A stretch of 64,000 nucleotides of DNA from Candidatus Aminicenantes bacterium (GCA_963702005.1 OY969696.1:3872001-3936000); one strand, 5' to 3'; shown: positions 1 to 11,174, counted from the stretch's first letter. Notes: generated by a model not told the origin, from the letters alone. Made by a program: numbers and translations.

Positions 1-2
1 AC

Positions 3-377
3 GAAGTCGAAAACCTCACGGGAATCAGGGTCGAGACCGAAAGCGACGCCGCCAAAGCCTCCCGCCTGCTTCTCCAGCACGGAGTTAAGGCGGTCTTGAT
101 CACGCTCGGCCAGCGGGGCGCCTATGTGGCCGGGCAGGGCTTCCGAAAGCTCATCCCCAGCTTCGCGATCGAGGCCGTGGATTCGACGGCGGCCGGGGAT
201 GTCTTCAACGGCGCTTTGGCCGTGGCCCTCGCTGAAAACAGACCCCTCCTCGACGCCGTCCGGTTCGCAAACGCGGCGGCCGCGATTTCGGTGACGCGGT
301 TGGGCGCTCAGCCCTCGGCTCCCGGCCGCGAGGAGATCGAAGCGTTTCTCAGCTCCCGAACAAGCGATCAGAGTTAA
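3..377 (+). CDS. rbsK: Ribokinase (PfkB family), 3' part; truncated by window start
   Basis: Frame open from base 3; ITLGxxG and PfkB signature VDSTAAGDVFNGALA, ending GAQPSAP. Confidence 0.85.
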   Translation, partial: EVENLTGIRVETESDAAKASRLLLQHGVKAVLITLGQRGAYVAGQGFRKLIPSFAIEAVDSTAAGDVFNGALAVALAENRPLLDAVRFANAAAAISVTRLGAQPSAPGREEIEAFLSSRTSDQS

Positions 378-393
378 GGGAGTGCCGCGCCCT

Positions 394-3300
394 TCAGTCG
401 ATCTTGATCGGCTTGAAGGGCTCGAAGAGCGAAAACCCGGCCTCATTGAGAAGGGCCTTGAAGGCCTCGATATCCTTGCCGAAGACTTCGTTGACCTTGG
501 GCAGGAACTCGGCGAGCTTGGCCTTGGCCTTCTCGTAGCGGACTTGGGCCGCCTGGCCGATCGGATCGTAGCCGGCCCGGGACAAACCCGAAACGCCCCC
601 CATGACCTGGCTCATCAAGCCCGAGGAACGGTCGGCCATCCCCTGCTTGGCCGGAGTCGGGTTGATGATCTCGGCCAAGGCTTTGAGCTTTTTATCGAGG
701 TCGTCGGCCGCCTTCATGATGTCCGTCATTTTCGGCCCGCGGTTGGCGCGGCCATTGTCTCTCACGGTTTGGAGGGCTTTCTGGGCGGCCTGGATCTGCT
801 GCTGGGCGGCCGTGAGCGCCGAGGAAAGCTTGCGGGCCTCGATGGCCAGGTCGTGATTGGCCTTGAGGACGGCCAAGTCCGCTTTGAAGCGGGGATCTGA
901 CGTCGCCGTAAACGTCCCGGTCGCCTCCTCGCCCTCGTACTTGATCTTGACCGTGTAGGTGCCGGGAAGGGCTGAGATGCCGCCGCGGCCACCGAAGAAA
1001 GGCATGCCGCTCTGACCTTGAGGCTCGCCCTCCCGCTCCCGGCCGGGATCCTGCTGTTCCTGGAAATTCCAGTAAGCCCGATTGATGCCCTTGTTTTCGG
1101 GACCGCTGAACTGGGCGAGGAGCTTCCCGGATGCGTCGAGGACGCTGACCTGGACGCGGGTTTTCTTGGGCGCCGTCGACGCCGTCGCGTCGCCCGGTCC
1201 GCCCGGCGCGCCCTCGGCGGGCTTCTCGTCCTTGCGCTCGACCGGGGTCAGGAAGTAGCTGAATTCGGCCTGCATGGTCTTGTTCTCGCCGGCGAATATT
1301 CCGTCGCCCGGACTCTGGTACGAACTCATCCGGCCCTGCTGCCACATGACGCTTCCGTGGACCGGGAAGAGGTGGAGCTTCTTCGCCGCGATTTCGGCGG
1401 ATAGATCCCGGAGCGGGCTGATATCGTCGATGACATAGAGGGATCGGCCGTGGGTCCCGATGACGATATCGTTCTCGCGGGGCTGTACGGCGATGTCGTA
1501 GACGGGTGCGGTCGGGAGGCCCTGGGTCCACTTCATCCAGCCCGCGCCTCCGCTGAAGCTCACGAACATCCCGAACTCGGTTCCCAGGAAGAGGAGGTCG
1601 CGGTCGACGGAGTCCTCCTTGATGACGTGGCAGTAGCCGTCGATCTCGGACGCCGTCAGGCTCTTCCAGGTCTTTCCGAAGTCGCGGGTCACAAAGACAT
1701 AGGGCGTCCAGTTGGAGCGGCGGTGGTCGTCGAAGACGGCATAGGCTGCGGCCGCTTCGAATCGAGAGGCCTCGAGATGCGGGACCCAGGTTCCTTCGGG
1801 GACCGGGGGTTTCTTGCCGCGGTCGAGCGAGCCGCTGACGAGCTCCCAGGTTTTGCCGCCGTCGCGGGTCAGCTGGATGTTCCCGTCGTCGGTCGAGACC
1901 CAGACCAAGCCCTCCTGGAGCGGGCTGGGCGCGATGCACAGGATCGAGCAGTGGTTCTCGGCGTTCGAGACGTCGAGGGTCAGGCCGCCGCTCTCGGGCT
2001 GCTTCTGCTTGGACGGGTCGTTCGTCGTCAGGTCCGGGCTGATGATCTCCCAGGTCATGCCCTTGTCGGGGCTGCGGTGGACGAACTGGCTGCCCAGGTA
2101 GATCACGGCGGGCTTGAAAGGATCGACCGCGAACCCGGCGTTCCAGTTGAAGCGATGCTTGACGGCGCTCTCGGTCGGGACGCAGGTCCGGCTGGTCCCG
2201 GTCGCCGTGTCGAAATAGTAAAGACTCCCGCCCTGGGACATTCCGTAGCCGGCGCCGGGCCGCTCGGGGTCGGGCTCGACGTCGAAGCCGTCGCCGCCGC
2301 CGACCATGGTCCAGTCGTAATCATAGAGGGCGCGCTCCCTGACCGAGTAGGCGGGGCCCATCCAGGAGCCGTTGTCCTGAAGGCCGCCGTAGACGTTGTA
2401 GGGCGTGGCCAGGTCGGTGCTGACGTGATAGAACTGGCCGAGCGGGAGGCTCTCCATGAACGCCCACTTCCGGCCCCGGTCGCGGCTGATGACGACGCCG
2501 CCGTCGTTCCCGGCGATGAGGATGTTCCCGTCGGGGCTAATCCACATGGCGTGATAATCGGAATGGGATTGCGAAAATGAGGCCAGGATCCGGAGGGTCT
2601 TCCCGCCGTCCTCGCTGACCCGGAGCTGGGTCGCCAGCAGATAGACGACGTTCTCGCTCGCGGGGCTGGCCCAGATCCGGCAGTAATAGAACGGCCGGTT
2701 GTTGATATCCTGTTCGCCGTTGACGGCCTGCCAGGTCAAGCCGCCGTCCCCCGAACGGAGAAGGACGTTCTTATCGGCCTCGACCAGGGCATAGGCGACC
2801 CGCGGGTTGCCGGGCGCGAAGACGATCCCGATCCGGCCCAGCTCGCCCTTGGGAAGGCCGTCGCTATCGCCGAGCTTTTTCCAGGTCTCGCCGCCGTCCG
2901 TCGTGAGGTAGAGCCCGCTCCCCGGGCCCCCCGACTTGAAGAACCAGGGCCAGCGCCGGTGCTCCCAGAGGGCAGCCAGGATCCGATTCGGGTTGGAAGG
3001 ATCCATGGCCAGGTCGGCGACGCCGGTCCGTTCGTCGACGTAGAGAATTTTCTTCCAGGTCTTTCCGCCGTCAACGGTTCGGAAGAGCCCGCGTTCGGGG
3101 CTGTCCCCCAAGTAGCCCCGAGGGCCCCAACGTAGGCGACGTCCGGGTCGGACGGGTGGAGGAGGATCTTGCTGATCTTTTCGGTCTTCTCCAGGCCCAG
3201 GCACTTCCAGGTCTTGCCGCCGTCGCGGGTCAGGTAAACGCCGCGTCCCACGCTCACGCTGTTGCGTGGAGCGGCTTCGCCCGTCCCGACCCAGACGACG

Positions 3301-3647
3301 TCGGGGGTCGTCTGGTTGATCGCGATCGCGCCGATCGAGGCGACCGGCTGGTCGTCGAAAACCGGCGTCCAGGTCGTGCCGCCGTTCTCGGATTTCCAGA
3401 GGCCGCCGGCGGCCGCGCCGACCCAGACGATCCGGGGATCGCAGGCGACGGCGTCGATGGCGCCGATCCGGCCGCTCATGTTGGCCGGGCCGATCGAGCG
3501 GGCCTTGAGGCCGGCGAAGATGGCGGGGTCGAATTTGGGCGGCGCCGCCTGAGGAGGGTTTTTTTCGGCCGCGGCCGGGAATGAAACGGCCAGGATCAGA
3601 GTCCAAATAAAGAAAAGAATACTGCGGGACGGTCTGGATGCGATCAC
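394..3647 (-). pseudogene. Secreted BNR/Asp-box (VPS10/sortilin-like) beta-propeller protein with a 1-base frameshift at about 3105-3109
   Basis: GTG at 3647 after RBS AAGGAGG; N-terminus RSIGPANMSGRI in one frame, C-terminal part with many DGGxTW Asp-boxes in another; adding one G to the G5 run restores ATWGDSPERG. May be an assembly error. Confidence 0.8.
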
Positions 3648-3750
3648 GGGACCTCCTTGTCGAAAACGCGGAGATATCATTATATACTTATATTTTAGAC
3701 GAAATCGCCGTGATTCTCTTCCCCTTAGGTGCATGAAAACCATACCTGAA

Positions 3751-3940
3751 AGTCGAGCGAGGGGTGGTGGGGTGAAGAGGCCCTACGCAGGGTCGAGCGG
3801 GCATGGTCTGATTTGGGGACATATTATCGATTTAAGAGAATCAGCTCTTGTCCCCAAATCGGGAGCGAGACCCGGAGTGGGAGCGGGTTTGACTCGCTGG
3901 GGCAAACACGCGTCCTCTGAACCCCACTCCCCGAGCGACT
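3751..3940. repeat. Composite intergenic palindromic element with inner hairpin 3810-3860
   Basis: gatttggggaca...tgtccccaaatc 12-bp stem, inside imperfect outer inverted repeats 3751-3780 / 3914-3940. Confidence 0.55.
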
Positions 3941-3943
3941 GCA

Positions 3944-3972
3944 TTGACAACCCGGCGGGCCGGGTATACATT
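3944..3972 (+). promoter_or_regulatory. Sigma70-like promoter upstream of the Omp85 fusion gene
   Basis: TTGACA-17 bp-TACATT. Confidence 0.5.
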
Positions 3973-4092
3973 GCTAAATGGAAACGAAACGGATTCTTGG
4001 GGTGTTATTGGAAACGTGGACACAAAATCTTACATAATTGACAGATTTTGTAGGATATGGCACCCTAAAGCCAGCAAGGAGGTCATGCCGAC

Positions 4093-7000
4093 ATGAGACA
4101 TCCCCACTTTTCGAGATATACGGCTCTCGCGGTCTTGCTCTTGGCCGGCGTCGCCCTGATCGCCTCGACGGCGGGCGCCCAGTACTTCGGCCGCAACAAA
4201 GTCCAGTACAAGACGTTCGATTTCAAGATCCTCAAGACCGACCACTTCGACGTCTACTTCTACATGGATCGGGGGGCGGCCGACCGGGCCGCCCGGATGG
4301 CCGAGCGATGGTACGCCCGCTATTCCCGGTTTTTCAACCATGAGCTCAAGGGCCGCCAGCCCCTGATCCTCTACGCGAGCTCGAACGAATTCCAGCAGAC
4401 GACCGTGATCTCGGGCGTCATCGGCGAGGGGACGGGCGGCGTCACCGAATCCTTCAAGCGCCGGATCGTCGTCCCGGTCGGGATTTCCCCGGCCGAGACG
4501 GACCACGTCATCGGCCATGAGCTCGTCCACGCCTTCCAGTACGACATCGCGCGCAGCCCCAGGATGGGCGGCGGGCAGACCGGCGCCGACACCGGGTCGG
4601 CCGTCGAACGGCTTCCCCTCTGGCTCGTCGAGGGAATGGCCGAGTACCTTTCGATCGGCCCGATCGACCCCAACACGGCCATGTGGATGAGGGACGCGGC
4701 CCGGCGCAAGGACATCCCCGACATCAAGAAGCTCGGCAACAGCTACCGCTATTTCCCCTACCGCTGGGGCCAGGCCCTGCTCTCCTACATCGGCGGCCGC
4801 TGGGGCGACGAGACGGTCGCCCGGCTCATGACGACCGCCGCCCGGATGGGCGATTACCAGCCCGTCCTGGAGAAAGTCCTGGGCACGACCATCAAACAGC
4901 TGTCCGCGGACTGGAAAGACGCCCTGATCAAGGCCTATGAGCCGCTCGGGACGCTGACTCAGGTCCAGGCCAAGGACAGTGTGCCCGTCGTCAAAGGAAC
5001 CGAGATGAACGTCTACAATATCTCGCCGACCCTGAGCCCCGACGGCAAGGAGTTTATGTTCTTCTCGACCCGGGACCTGTTCTCGATCGACCTTTTCCAG
5101 GGCGATCCCAAGACGGGCAAGGTCACGGCCAAGCTGACCAACACGGCCGTCAACCCCCGCTTCGAAAGCCTCATGTTCATCTACTCGGCGGGAGCCTGGA
5201 GCGCGGACGGCGCCCGCTACGCCTTCAGCGCCGTCAGCAAGGGCGAGCCGGTCCTGACCGTCTATGACGTTCACGCGAAGAAATTCGAGCGCGACATCGT
5301 CTTCCCCCAGCTCGGCGAAATCTTCTACCCGACCTGGGCGCCCGATAGCAAGCGGGTCGCTTTCTCGGCCTTGGAGAACGGCATCTCCAACCTTTATATC
5401 TATAATCTCGAGACCGGAGTCCTCAGGAAAGTGACCGACGACGATTTCGCCCATCTCCACCCGGCTTGGTCTCCGGACGGCCGGTCCATCGCCTTCGTGA
5501 CGGACCGCTTCTCGAGCGACCCCTCCATCCTCAGTGTCGGTACTTACGAGCTGGCCCTGCTCGACCCGGACACGGGCGAGGTTCGCCGGGTCGAAGCCTT
5601 CAGCCGGGCCAAGAATACGAACCCTCAGTGGTCTCCCGATTCCCGCTCCCTGTACTTCATGTCCGACGTGAACGGCATCTCCAACATCTATCGGATCGAA
5701 CTGGAGACCCAGAAGATCTTCCAGGTTACCAACCTCTACGCCGGCGTCAGCGGTATTACGACGATCAGCCCGGCCTTCTCGATCGCCGAGAAATCGGGCC
5801 GGCTCATGTTCAGCGCCTACGATGAGGGCCGCTTCTCGCTCTATTCGATGGAGGCGCCCGAGGCCCTGGCCGGCTCGCCCGTCCTGGTCCAATTCGGCGA
5901 TTACCGGCCGGCCGTCCTGCCGCCCATGGACCGCCAGCCCGGTCTCGTGCTCGGCCTCCTCCGCAATCCCATCTTCGGGCTCCCCGAGACCGAGGAGTTT
6001 CCCGTCACGGACTACAAGCCCAAGCTCACTCTCGACCTGGTCAGCACTCCCCAGGTCGCCGTCGGCGTCGATCGCTTCGGGACTTACGGCGGCGGCGGTA
6101 TCACCCTCTACTGGAGCGACATGCTCGGCGAACATACGGTCGCGACCATGGCCCAGGTCAGCAACCGTCTCCAGGACAGCGCGGCCCTGGTCGGCTACAT
6201 GAACAGCCAACACCGCCTAAACTGGGGCGCGGTCGTCGAGCGCATCCCCTACGTCTACGATTTACCCGTCTACTATGAGGACATGGTCTACAACGAGCCC
6301 GCCGCGATCGAGGAGGAATACATCTATCGGCAGATCAACTATGAGGCGCAGGGCTTCCTGACTTATCCTTTCAGCCAGGTCCAGCGTTTGGAGTTCGGAG
6401 CCGGCGCGACCCTCATCGACTTCCAGAGCGAGGTCCGGACCTACGCCTATTCCCTGATCGACTACACGACCCTCATCAACGAAAAGACAAGTCTCCCCGC
6501 CCCCCCCAGCATCGCCTACGGCTTCGCCCAGGCCTCCCTCGTCTACGACAGCGCCCTGTTCGGCGCCACCGGTCCCATCATAGGCCAGAGCTACCTCCTC
6601 GAAGCTTCGCCCGTGATCGGGACCCTGACCTTCACGACTCTGATGGCCGACTATCGCCGCTACTTCATGCCCGTCCGGCCCTTCACCCTGGCCTTCCGCA
6701 TGCTCCATTACGGCAGGTACGGGAAGAGTGCCGACGACGAACGGCTCTACCCCATCTACCTCGGCTACGATGGACTTGTTCGCGGCTACGACTACAACAC
6801 CTTCGACGCCAGCGAATTTGAAGGCTCGGACGCCTTCGATTTCAACCGGTTGCTGGGCTCCAGGATCCTCGTCGCCAACGCGGAACTCCGCTTCCCGCTC
6901 TTCGGTCTGCTCGGGATCGGCCGCGGCTATTACGGCGTTTTCCCGATCGACTTCCTGGCCTTCTACGACGCGGGCGTGGCCTGGCAGAACGGCGTCAAGC

Positions 7001-7164
7001 CCTGGTTCATGGGGGGCGGCAAACGCAAACCCGTTCAGAGCGTGGGCATCGGCCTGCGGGTGAATGTCTTCGGCTACCTGGTGGTGGGATTCAATTACGT
7101 CAAGCCGCTCAACCGGCCTCAAAAGGGCTGGCACCTCGAGTTCAGCCTCATGCCGGGGTTCTAA
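4093..7164 (+). CDS. Outer-membrane protein: zincin (peptidase MA-like) domain + PD40/TolB-like propeller + Omp85/BamA-type barrel
   Basis: Signal peptide; HELVH...WLVEGMAEY; repeated PxWSPDG; LVRGYD and NAELRFP Omp85 motifs; terminal Phe; RBS AAGGAGG. Confidence 0.85.
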   Translation: MRHPHFSRYTALAVLLLAGVALIASTAGAQYFGRNKVQYKTFDFKILKTDHFDVYFYMDRGAADRAARMAERWYARYSRFFNHELKGRQPLILYASSNEFQQTTVISGVIGEGTGGVTESFKRRIVVPVGISPAETDHVIGHELVHAFQYDIARSPRMGGGQTGADTGSAVERLPLWLVEGMAEYLSIGPIDPNTAMWMRDAARRKDIPDIKKLGNSYRYFPYRWGQALLSYIGGRWGDETVARLMTTAARMGDYQPVLEKVLGTTIKQLSADWKDALIKAYEPLGTLTQVQAKDSVPVVKGTEMNVYNISPTLSPDGKEFMFFSTRDLFSIDLFQGDPKTGKVTAKLTNTAVNPRFESLMFIYSAGAWSADGARYAFSAVSKGEPVLTVYDVHAKKFERDIVFPQLGEIFYPTWAPDSKRVAFSALENGISNLYIYNLETGVLRKVTDDDFAHLHPAWSPDGRSIAFVTDRFSSDPSILSVGTYELALLDPDTGEVRRVEAFSRAKNTNPQWSPDSRSLYFMSDVNGISNIYRIELETQKIFQVTNLYAGVSGITTISPAFSIAEKSGRLMFSAYDEGRFSLYSMEAPEALAGSPVLVQFGDYRPAVLPPMDRQPGLVLGLLRNPIFGLPETEEFPVTDYKPKLTLDLVSTPQVAVGVDRFGTYGGGGITLYWSDMLGEHTVATMAQVSNRLQDSAALVGYMNSQHRLNWGAVVERIPYVYDLPVYYEDMVYNEPAAIEEEYIYRQINYEAQGFLTYPFSQVQRLEFGAGATLIDFQSEVRTYAYSLIDYTTLINEKTSLPAPPSIAYGFAQASLVYDSALFGATGPIIGQSYLLEASPVIGTLTFTTLMADYRRYFMPVRPFTLAFRMLHYGRYGKSADDERLYPIYLGYDGLVRGYDYNTFDASEFEGSDAFDFNRLLGSRILVANAELRFPLFGLLGIGRGYYGVFPIDFLAFYDAGVAWQNGVKPWFMGGGKRKPVQSVGIGLRVNVFGYLVVGFNYVKPLNRPQKGWHLEFSLMPGF

Positions 7165-7168
7165 AAAT

Positions 7169-7252
7169 AATTCTGGGGACACACGACTTAATTCCGAATT
7201 CTTCCTCTTCTGAAGACTGAAGAGGGGAATTAAGTCGTGTGTCCCCAGAATT
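7169..7252. repeat. REP-like long hairpin (27-bp perfect stem)
   Basis: aattctggggacacacgacttaattcc / ggaattaagtcgtgtgtccccagaatt; shares the TGGGGACA...TGTCCCCA core with 3810-3860. Confidence 0.85.
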
Positions 7253-7346
7253 TCTGGGACGGATTGACAGTCTAGCGGGGCTGTAATATACATCGTTAGG
7301 GACTCGAACGTGAATTTATGCCCCGCCTTCACCAAGGAGGACAATA

Positions 7347-10007
7347 ATGCCCGCTTCCGCTCCTATCCGTCTCGGTCTTGTCATCGCGCTTCTCTGCGCC
7401 GGGGCCGTCGTGCTTAAAGCCGCCGAGCCGCCGGCCGGGCCGCGCCCTCCGGCCGCGCTCCGCTGCGAATACCTCGAAAACCCGATGGGGATCAACATGC
7501 CCCATCCCCGTTTCTTCTGGGTCCTCGATCACCTCGAGCGCGGCCAGCGCCAGACCGCCTACCAGGTCGTGGTTTCGACCAAGCCCGACGCCGCCGGCGG
7601 CGACATGTGGGACAGCGGGAAAACCGTCTCCCCTCAGTCGACTCAGGTCGCCTACGCCGGCAAGCCGCTCGTCGGCGGCCGCGCCTATTACTGGAAGGTC
7701 AAGTATTGGGACAAGGGCGGGCAAGAGAGCGCCTGGAGCGAGGTCGCGAGCTTCGATACAGGCTTGTTCGGGCGCGAGGATTGGAAGGCCAAGTGGATCC
7801 GCGGCCGAGGGCTGTTCCGCAAAGAATTCGAGGTGCCGGGCAAGATCGCCCGGGCGCGCGCCTACCTCTCCGGCCTCGGCTATTCCGAGCTGTACCTCAA
7901 CGGGCACAAGGTCGGGCCCAACGTGCTCGACCCGGCCTGGACGACCTACGACAAGCGCGTCCTCTACCTCACCCATGACGTGACCCGTTTCCTCCGCGAA
8001 GGACCGAACGCCGCGGGCGTCATGCTCGGCCGAGGCTGGTTCAAGTCGCGGGCCCTCCTCCTCCGGCTCACGATCGAGCTCGAGGACGGCCGCGCCGTCG
8101 AGGTCCCCAGCGACGGCTCCTGGAAGACCGCCGACGGCCCGATCGTTTCCGACAGCATCTACAACGGCGAAATTTTCGACGCCCAGATCGATGAGCCCGG
8201 CTGGGCGCTCCCCGGGTTCGACGAAGGCCGCTGGGCTAAGGCGGAGGAATTCCAAGGCCCGGCCGGCGTCCTGTCGGCCCAGCTCATGCCGCCCATCAAG
8301 GTCGTGGACACGATCGTCCCGCTCACGATGACGAACCCCCGGCCCGGCGTCTATGTGTTCGACATGGGGCAGAACTTCGCGGGCTGGGTACGGCTCCGCG
8401 TCCGCGGCCCGCGCGGCGCGGCCGTCAGGCTCCGGTTCGCCGAGCTTCTCTACGACGATGGAACCCTCAACGTCGAAAATCTGCGCGGGGCCCGGGCCGA
8501 GGACCGCTACGTCCTCAAGGGTCAAGGCGAGGAGGTTTGGGAGCCTCGTTTCACCTACCACGGCTTCCGCTACGTCGAGCTGACGGGCTTCCCGGGGATT
8601 CCGACCGCGGAGACCATCCGGGGCCGCGTGGTGCGGACGGCCGTCTCGCAGATCGGGAGCTTCGCCTGCTCCAAGCCCATCCTCGATAAGCTCCAGCGGA
8701 ACATCGTCTGGGGACAGTCGTCGAATCTCCATTCCATCCCGACCGATTGCTGCCAGCGGGACGAGCGGATGGGCTGGATGGGCGACGCCCAGGGAACGGC
8801 CAAGGAGGCCATCTACAATTTCGACATGGCCGCTTTCTACACGAACTTTCTGCGCGACATCCGCGACGTCCAGGACGAGAAGGGAACGATCACCGACACC
8901 GTCCCCCACATCTGGGGCTCGCGGCCGGCCGATCCGGCCTGGGGCACGGCCTATCCCCTGATCGCCTGGTATATGTATCGGTACTACGGCGACCGCCGCA
9001 TCCTCGAGGATCACTACGACGGGATCCGCAAGTACGTCGAGTTCCTGAGGAGCAAAGCCGAGGCGGGGCTCCTCAAGTACAGTTACTACGGCGACTGGGT
9101 CGCGGTCGAGAAATGCCCGGGCGCGATCGTCTCCTCCTTTTACTATTACTACGACGTCAAAATCCTGGCCGACATGGCCCGCGTCCTGGGCAAGGCCGCG
9201 GATGCCGCCGCCTACGACAAGCTCGCCGGAGAGATTAAAGCGGCCTTCCACAAGGAGTATTTCAACGCCAAGACGGGCGACTACGGGGACGGGACCCAGG
9301 CGGCCAACACGCTGGCCCTCTTCCTGGATATCGCGCCCGAGGAGGCGCGGGGACGGGCCTGGGACCGGCTGTTCGACGACATCGTCTACAAGCACGGTTC
9401 GCACCTGACGACGGGCATCATCGGCACCAAGTACATCATGGAGCTCCTGACCCGGACGGGGGTGGCGGACCTCGCCTACGACATCGCGACCAAGACCGAT
9501 TACCCGAGCTGGGGCTATATGATCGAGAACGGCGCGACAACCCTCTGGGAGCTGTGGCAGAAACGGGAGGGTCCGTCCATGAACTCCCACAACCACCCCA
9601 TGTTCGGGAGCGTCGGGTCCTGGCTCTACAAAGCCCTGGGCGGGATCTCCCTCGCCGAAGAGGCGACCGGGTTCGAGAAAATTCTCATCCATCCTGAAAT
9701 GGTCAGAGACCTCGCCTATGCGGCCGCCTCGACGCGGACGGTCCGTGGAGACGTCGCCTGCGCCTGGAGCCGGACGGACAAGTCCGTGCGGGTCGAAGTC
9801 ACGGTCCCGGTCGGCAGCGAGGCGGAGGTCCGGATCCCCAAGTTCAACCTGCTCAACGCCGTGATCACGGAGGGCGGGACGCCGATCTGGAAGGGCGATG
9901 TTTATCTGCCGGGCCCGGCGGGGATCGCCGATGTCAAGAAGATCCAGGACGGCTTCATGATTGCGATCGGCTCGGGCCGCTACGTCTTCGAACTTTCGGG
10001 AGACTAA
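7347..10007 (+). CDS. Alpha-L-rhamnosidase-like glycoside hydrolase (GH78)
   Basis: Signal peptide; LRCEYLENP, FDMGQNFAG, FTYHGFRYVE, PTDCCQRDERMGWMGD, GATTLWE, SHNHPMFG. Confidence 0.92.
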   Translation: MPASAPIRLGLVIALLCAGAVVLKAAEPPAGPRPPAALRCEYLENPMGINMPHPRFFWVLDHLERGQRQTAYQVVVSTKPDAAGGDMWDSGKTVSPQSTQVAYAGKPLVGGRAYYWKVKYWDKGGQESAWSEVASFDTGLFGREDWKAKWIRGRGLFRKEFEVPGKIARARAYLSGLGYSELYLNGHKVGPNVLDPAWTTYDKRVLYLTHDVTRFLREGPNAAGVMLGRGWFKSRALLLRLTIELEDGRAVEVPSDGSWKTADGPIVSDSIYNGEIFDAQIDEPGWALPGFDEGRWAKAEEFQGPAGVLSAQLMPPIKVVDTIVPLTMTNPRPGVYVFDMGQNFAGWVRLRVRGPRGAAVRLRFAELLYDDGTLNVENLRGARAEDRYVLKGQGEEVWEPRFTYHGFRYVELTGFPGIPTAETIRGRVVRTAVSQIGSFACSKPILDKLQRNIVWGQSSNLHSIPTDCCQRDERMGWMGDAQGTAKEAIYNFDMAAFYTNFLRDIRDVQDEKGTITDTVPHIWGSRPADPAWGTAYPLIAWYMYRYYGDRRILEDHYDGIRKYVEFLRSKAEAGLLKYSYYGDWVAVEKCPGAIVSSFYYYYDVKILADMARVLGKAADAAAYDKLAGEIKAAFHKEYFNAKTGDYGDGTQAANTLALFLDIAPEEARGRAWDRLFDDIVYKHGSHLTTGIIGTKYIMELLTRTGVADLAYDIATKTDYPSWGYMIENGATTLWELWQKREGPSMNSHNHPMFGSVGSWLYKALGGISLAEEATGFEKILIHPEMVRDLAYAAASTRTVRGDVACAWSRTDKSVRVEVTVPVGSEAEVRIPKFNLLNAVITEGGTPIWKGDVYLPGPAGIADVKKIQDGFMIAIGSGRYVFELSGD

Positions 10008-10028
10008 AAGCCGGTGCTCCTTCGGGAC

Positions 10029-11174
10029 ATGCGGCGGGACAAGATCACGGGCCTGATCGGGGCGGGGATTTTTACGCTCGGGATCGCCTGCCCGTCGCTC
10101 GCCGTCGACCGGAGGGAAAACCGGTTTCCGATCCTTGCCTGGTACGGCCCCGATAGAGCGGTCACATCGCGCGAGGTCTATCGAAAGATGGTCGAGGCCG
10201 GCCGTCCGCTCTCCGAGCTCGACGCCGTCATCGCCGATTACACGCGCCAGGCCGCCTTCTGGGGATATTACATTCAGGACGAGCCGAACGCGGCCCGCTT
10301 CGAGAGGCTGGGAGCGATCGCCGCCTACCTGAAGACAAAGGATCCGCGCCATCCTTCGTACATCAACCTCTTCCCGACCTACGCGACCGGCGAGCAGCTC
10401 GGGACCCCGACCTACCGCGAGCACTGCGAAGCTTATCTGAAGACGGTTCGTCCCGAGTTCGTCAGCTATGACCACTACCCCATCCTTCCCGATAAACTCC
10501 GTGAGGACTATTATCTCAACCTCGAGATCATCCGTGACCTGGCCATGAAAAACGGCCTCCCCTTCTGGGCGTTCACGCTGTCCGTCCCGCACCTCATCTA
10601 TCCTAAGCCGACGCTCGGCCATCTCCGTTTCCAGGTCTGGAGCGACCTCGCCTACGGCGCCAAGGCCGTCCAGTATTTCACGTACGGCTCGCCCCAGAGT
10701 CAGGACTTCCGGACCGCGCTCATCGACCAGACGGGAGGCACGACCGACCTCTGGGAGCTAGCCCGGCAAGTCAACGGCGAAATTCGGCGGGTCGAATCTC
10801 TCCTCCTCGCCTGGCGGTCCCTGGCCGTTTATCACGCCCAGCCGGTTCCGAACAGATGCCTGCCGTTTCCGGCGGAAGGGCCCGTGACGGGAATCGAGGG
10901 CGGCCCATTCCTGGCCGGGATCCTGGAGGCGGAAGGGGATGAATACATCGTGATCGTCAACCGGGATTATGAGAATCCTCGAACGGCCGTCGCCCATTTC
11001 TCACGGGATGTGATCGGGGTTGAAGAAATCGCCAAGGACCCTAATTGCTGCCCGTTCCGGGCTCGTTGGGCCGCCGATTCAACCGACCGCGTTTGCGCCC
11101 TCCTCATCGAGCCCGGCGACGCCCGCATCCTCAAGATCAGGCCCGAGTCCGTCGTCGTGCTGGAGGGCCAATGA
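10029..11174 (+). CDS. Secreted hypothetical protein, glycoside-hydrolase-like TIM barrel
   Basis: Signal peptide; GYYIQDEP, YINLFP, SYDHYP and LAYGAK motifs; directly follows the GH78 gene. Confidence 0.6.
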   Translation: MRRDKITGLIGAGIFTLGIACPSLAVDRRENRFPILAWYGPDRAVTSREVYRKMVEAGRPLSELDAVIADYTRQAAFWGYYIQDEPNAARFERLGAIAAYLKTKDPRHPSYINLFPTYATGEQLGTPTYREHCEAYLKTVRPEFVSYDHYPILPDKLREDYYLNLEIIRDLAMKNGLPFWAFTLSVPHLIYPKPTLGHLRFQVWSDLAYGAKAVQYFTYGSPQSQDFRTALIDQTGGTTDLWELARQVNGEIRRVESLLLAWRSLAVYHAQPVPNRCLPFPAEGPVTGIEGGPFLAGILEAEGDEYIVIVNRDYENPRTAVAHFSRDVIGVEEIAKDPNCCPFRARWAADSTDRVCALLIEPGDARILKIRPESVVVLEGQ

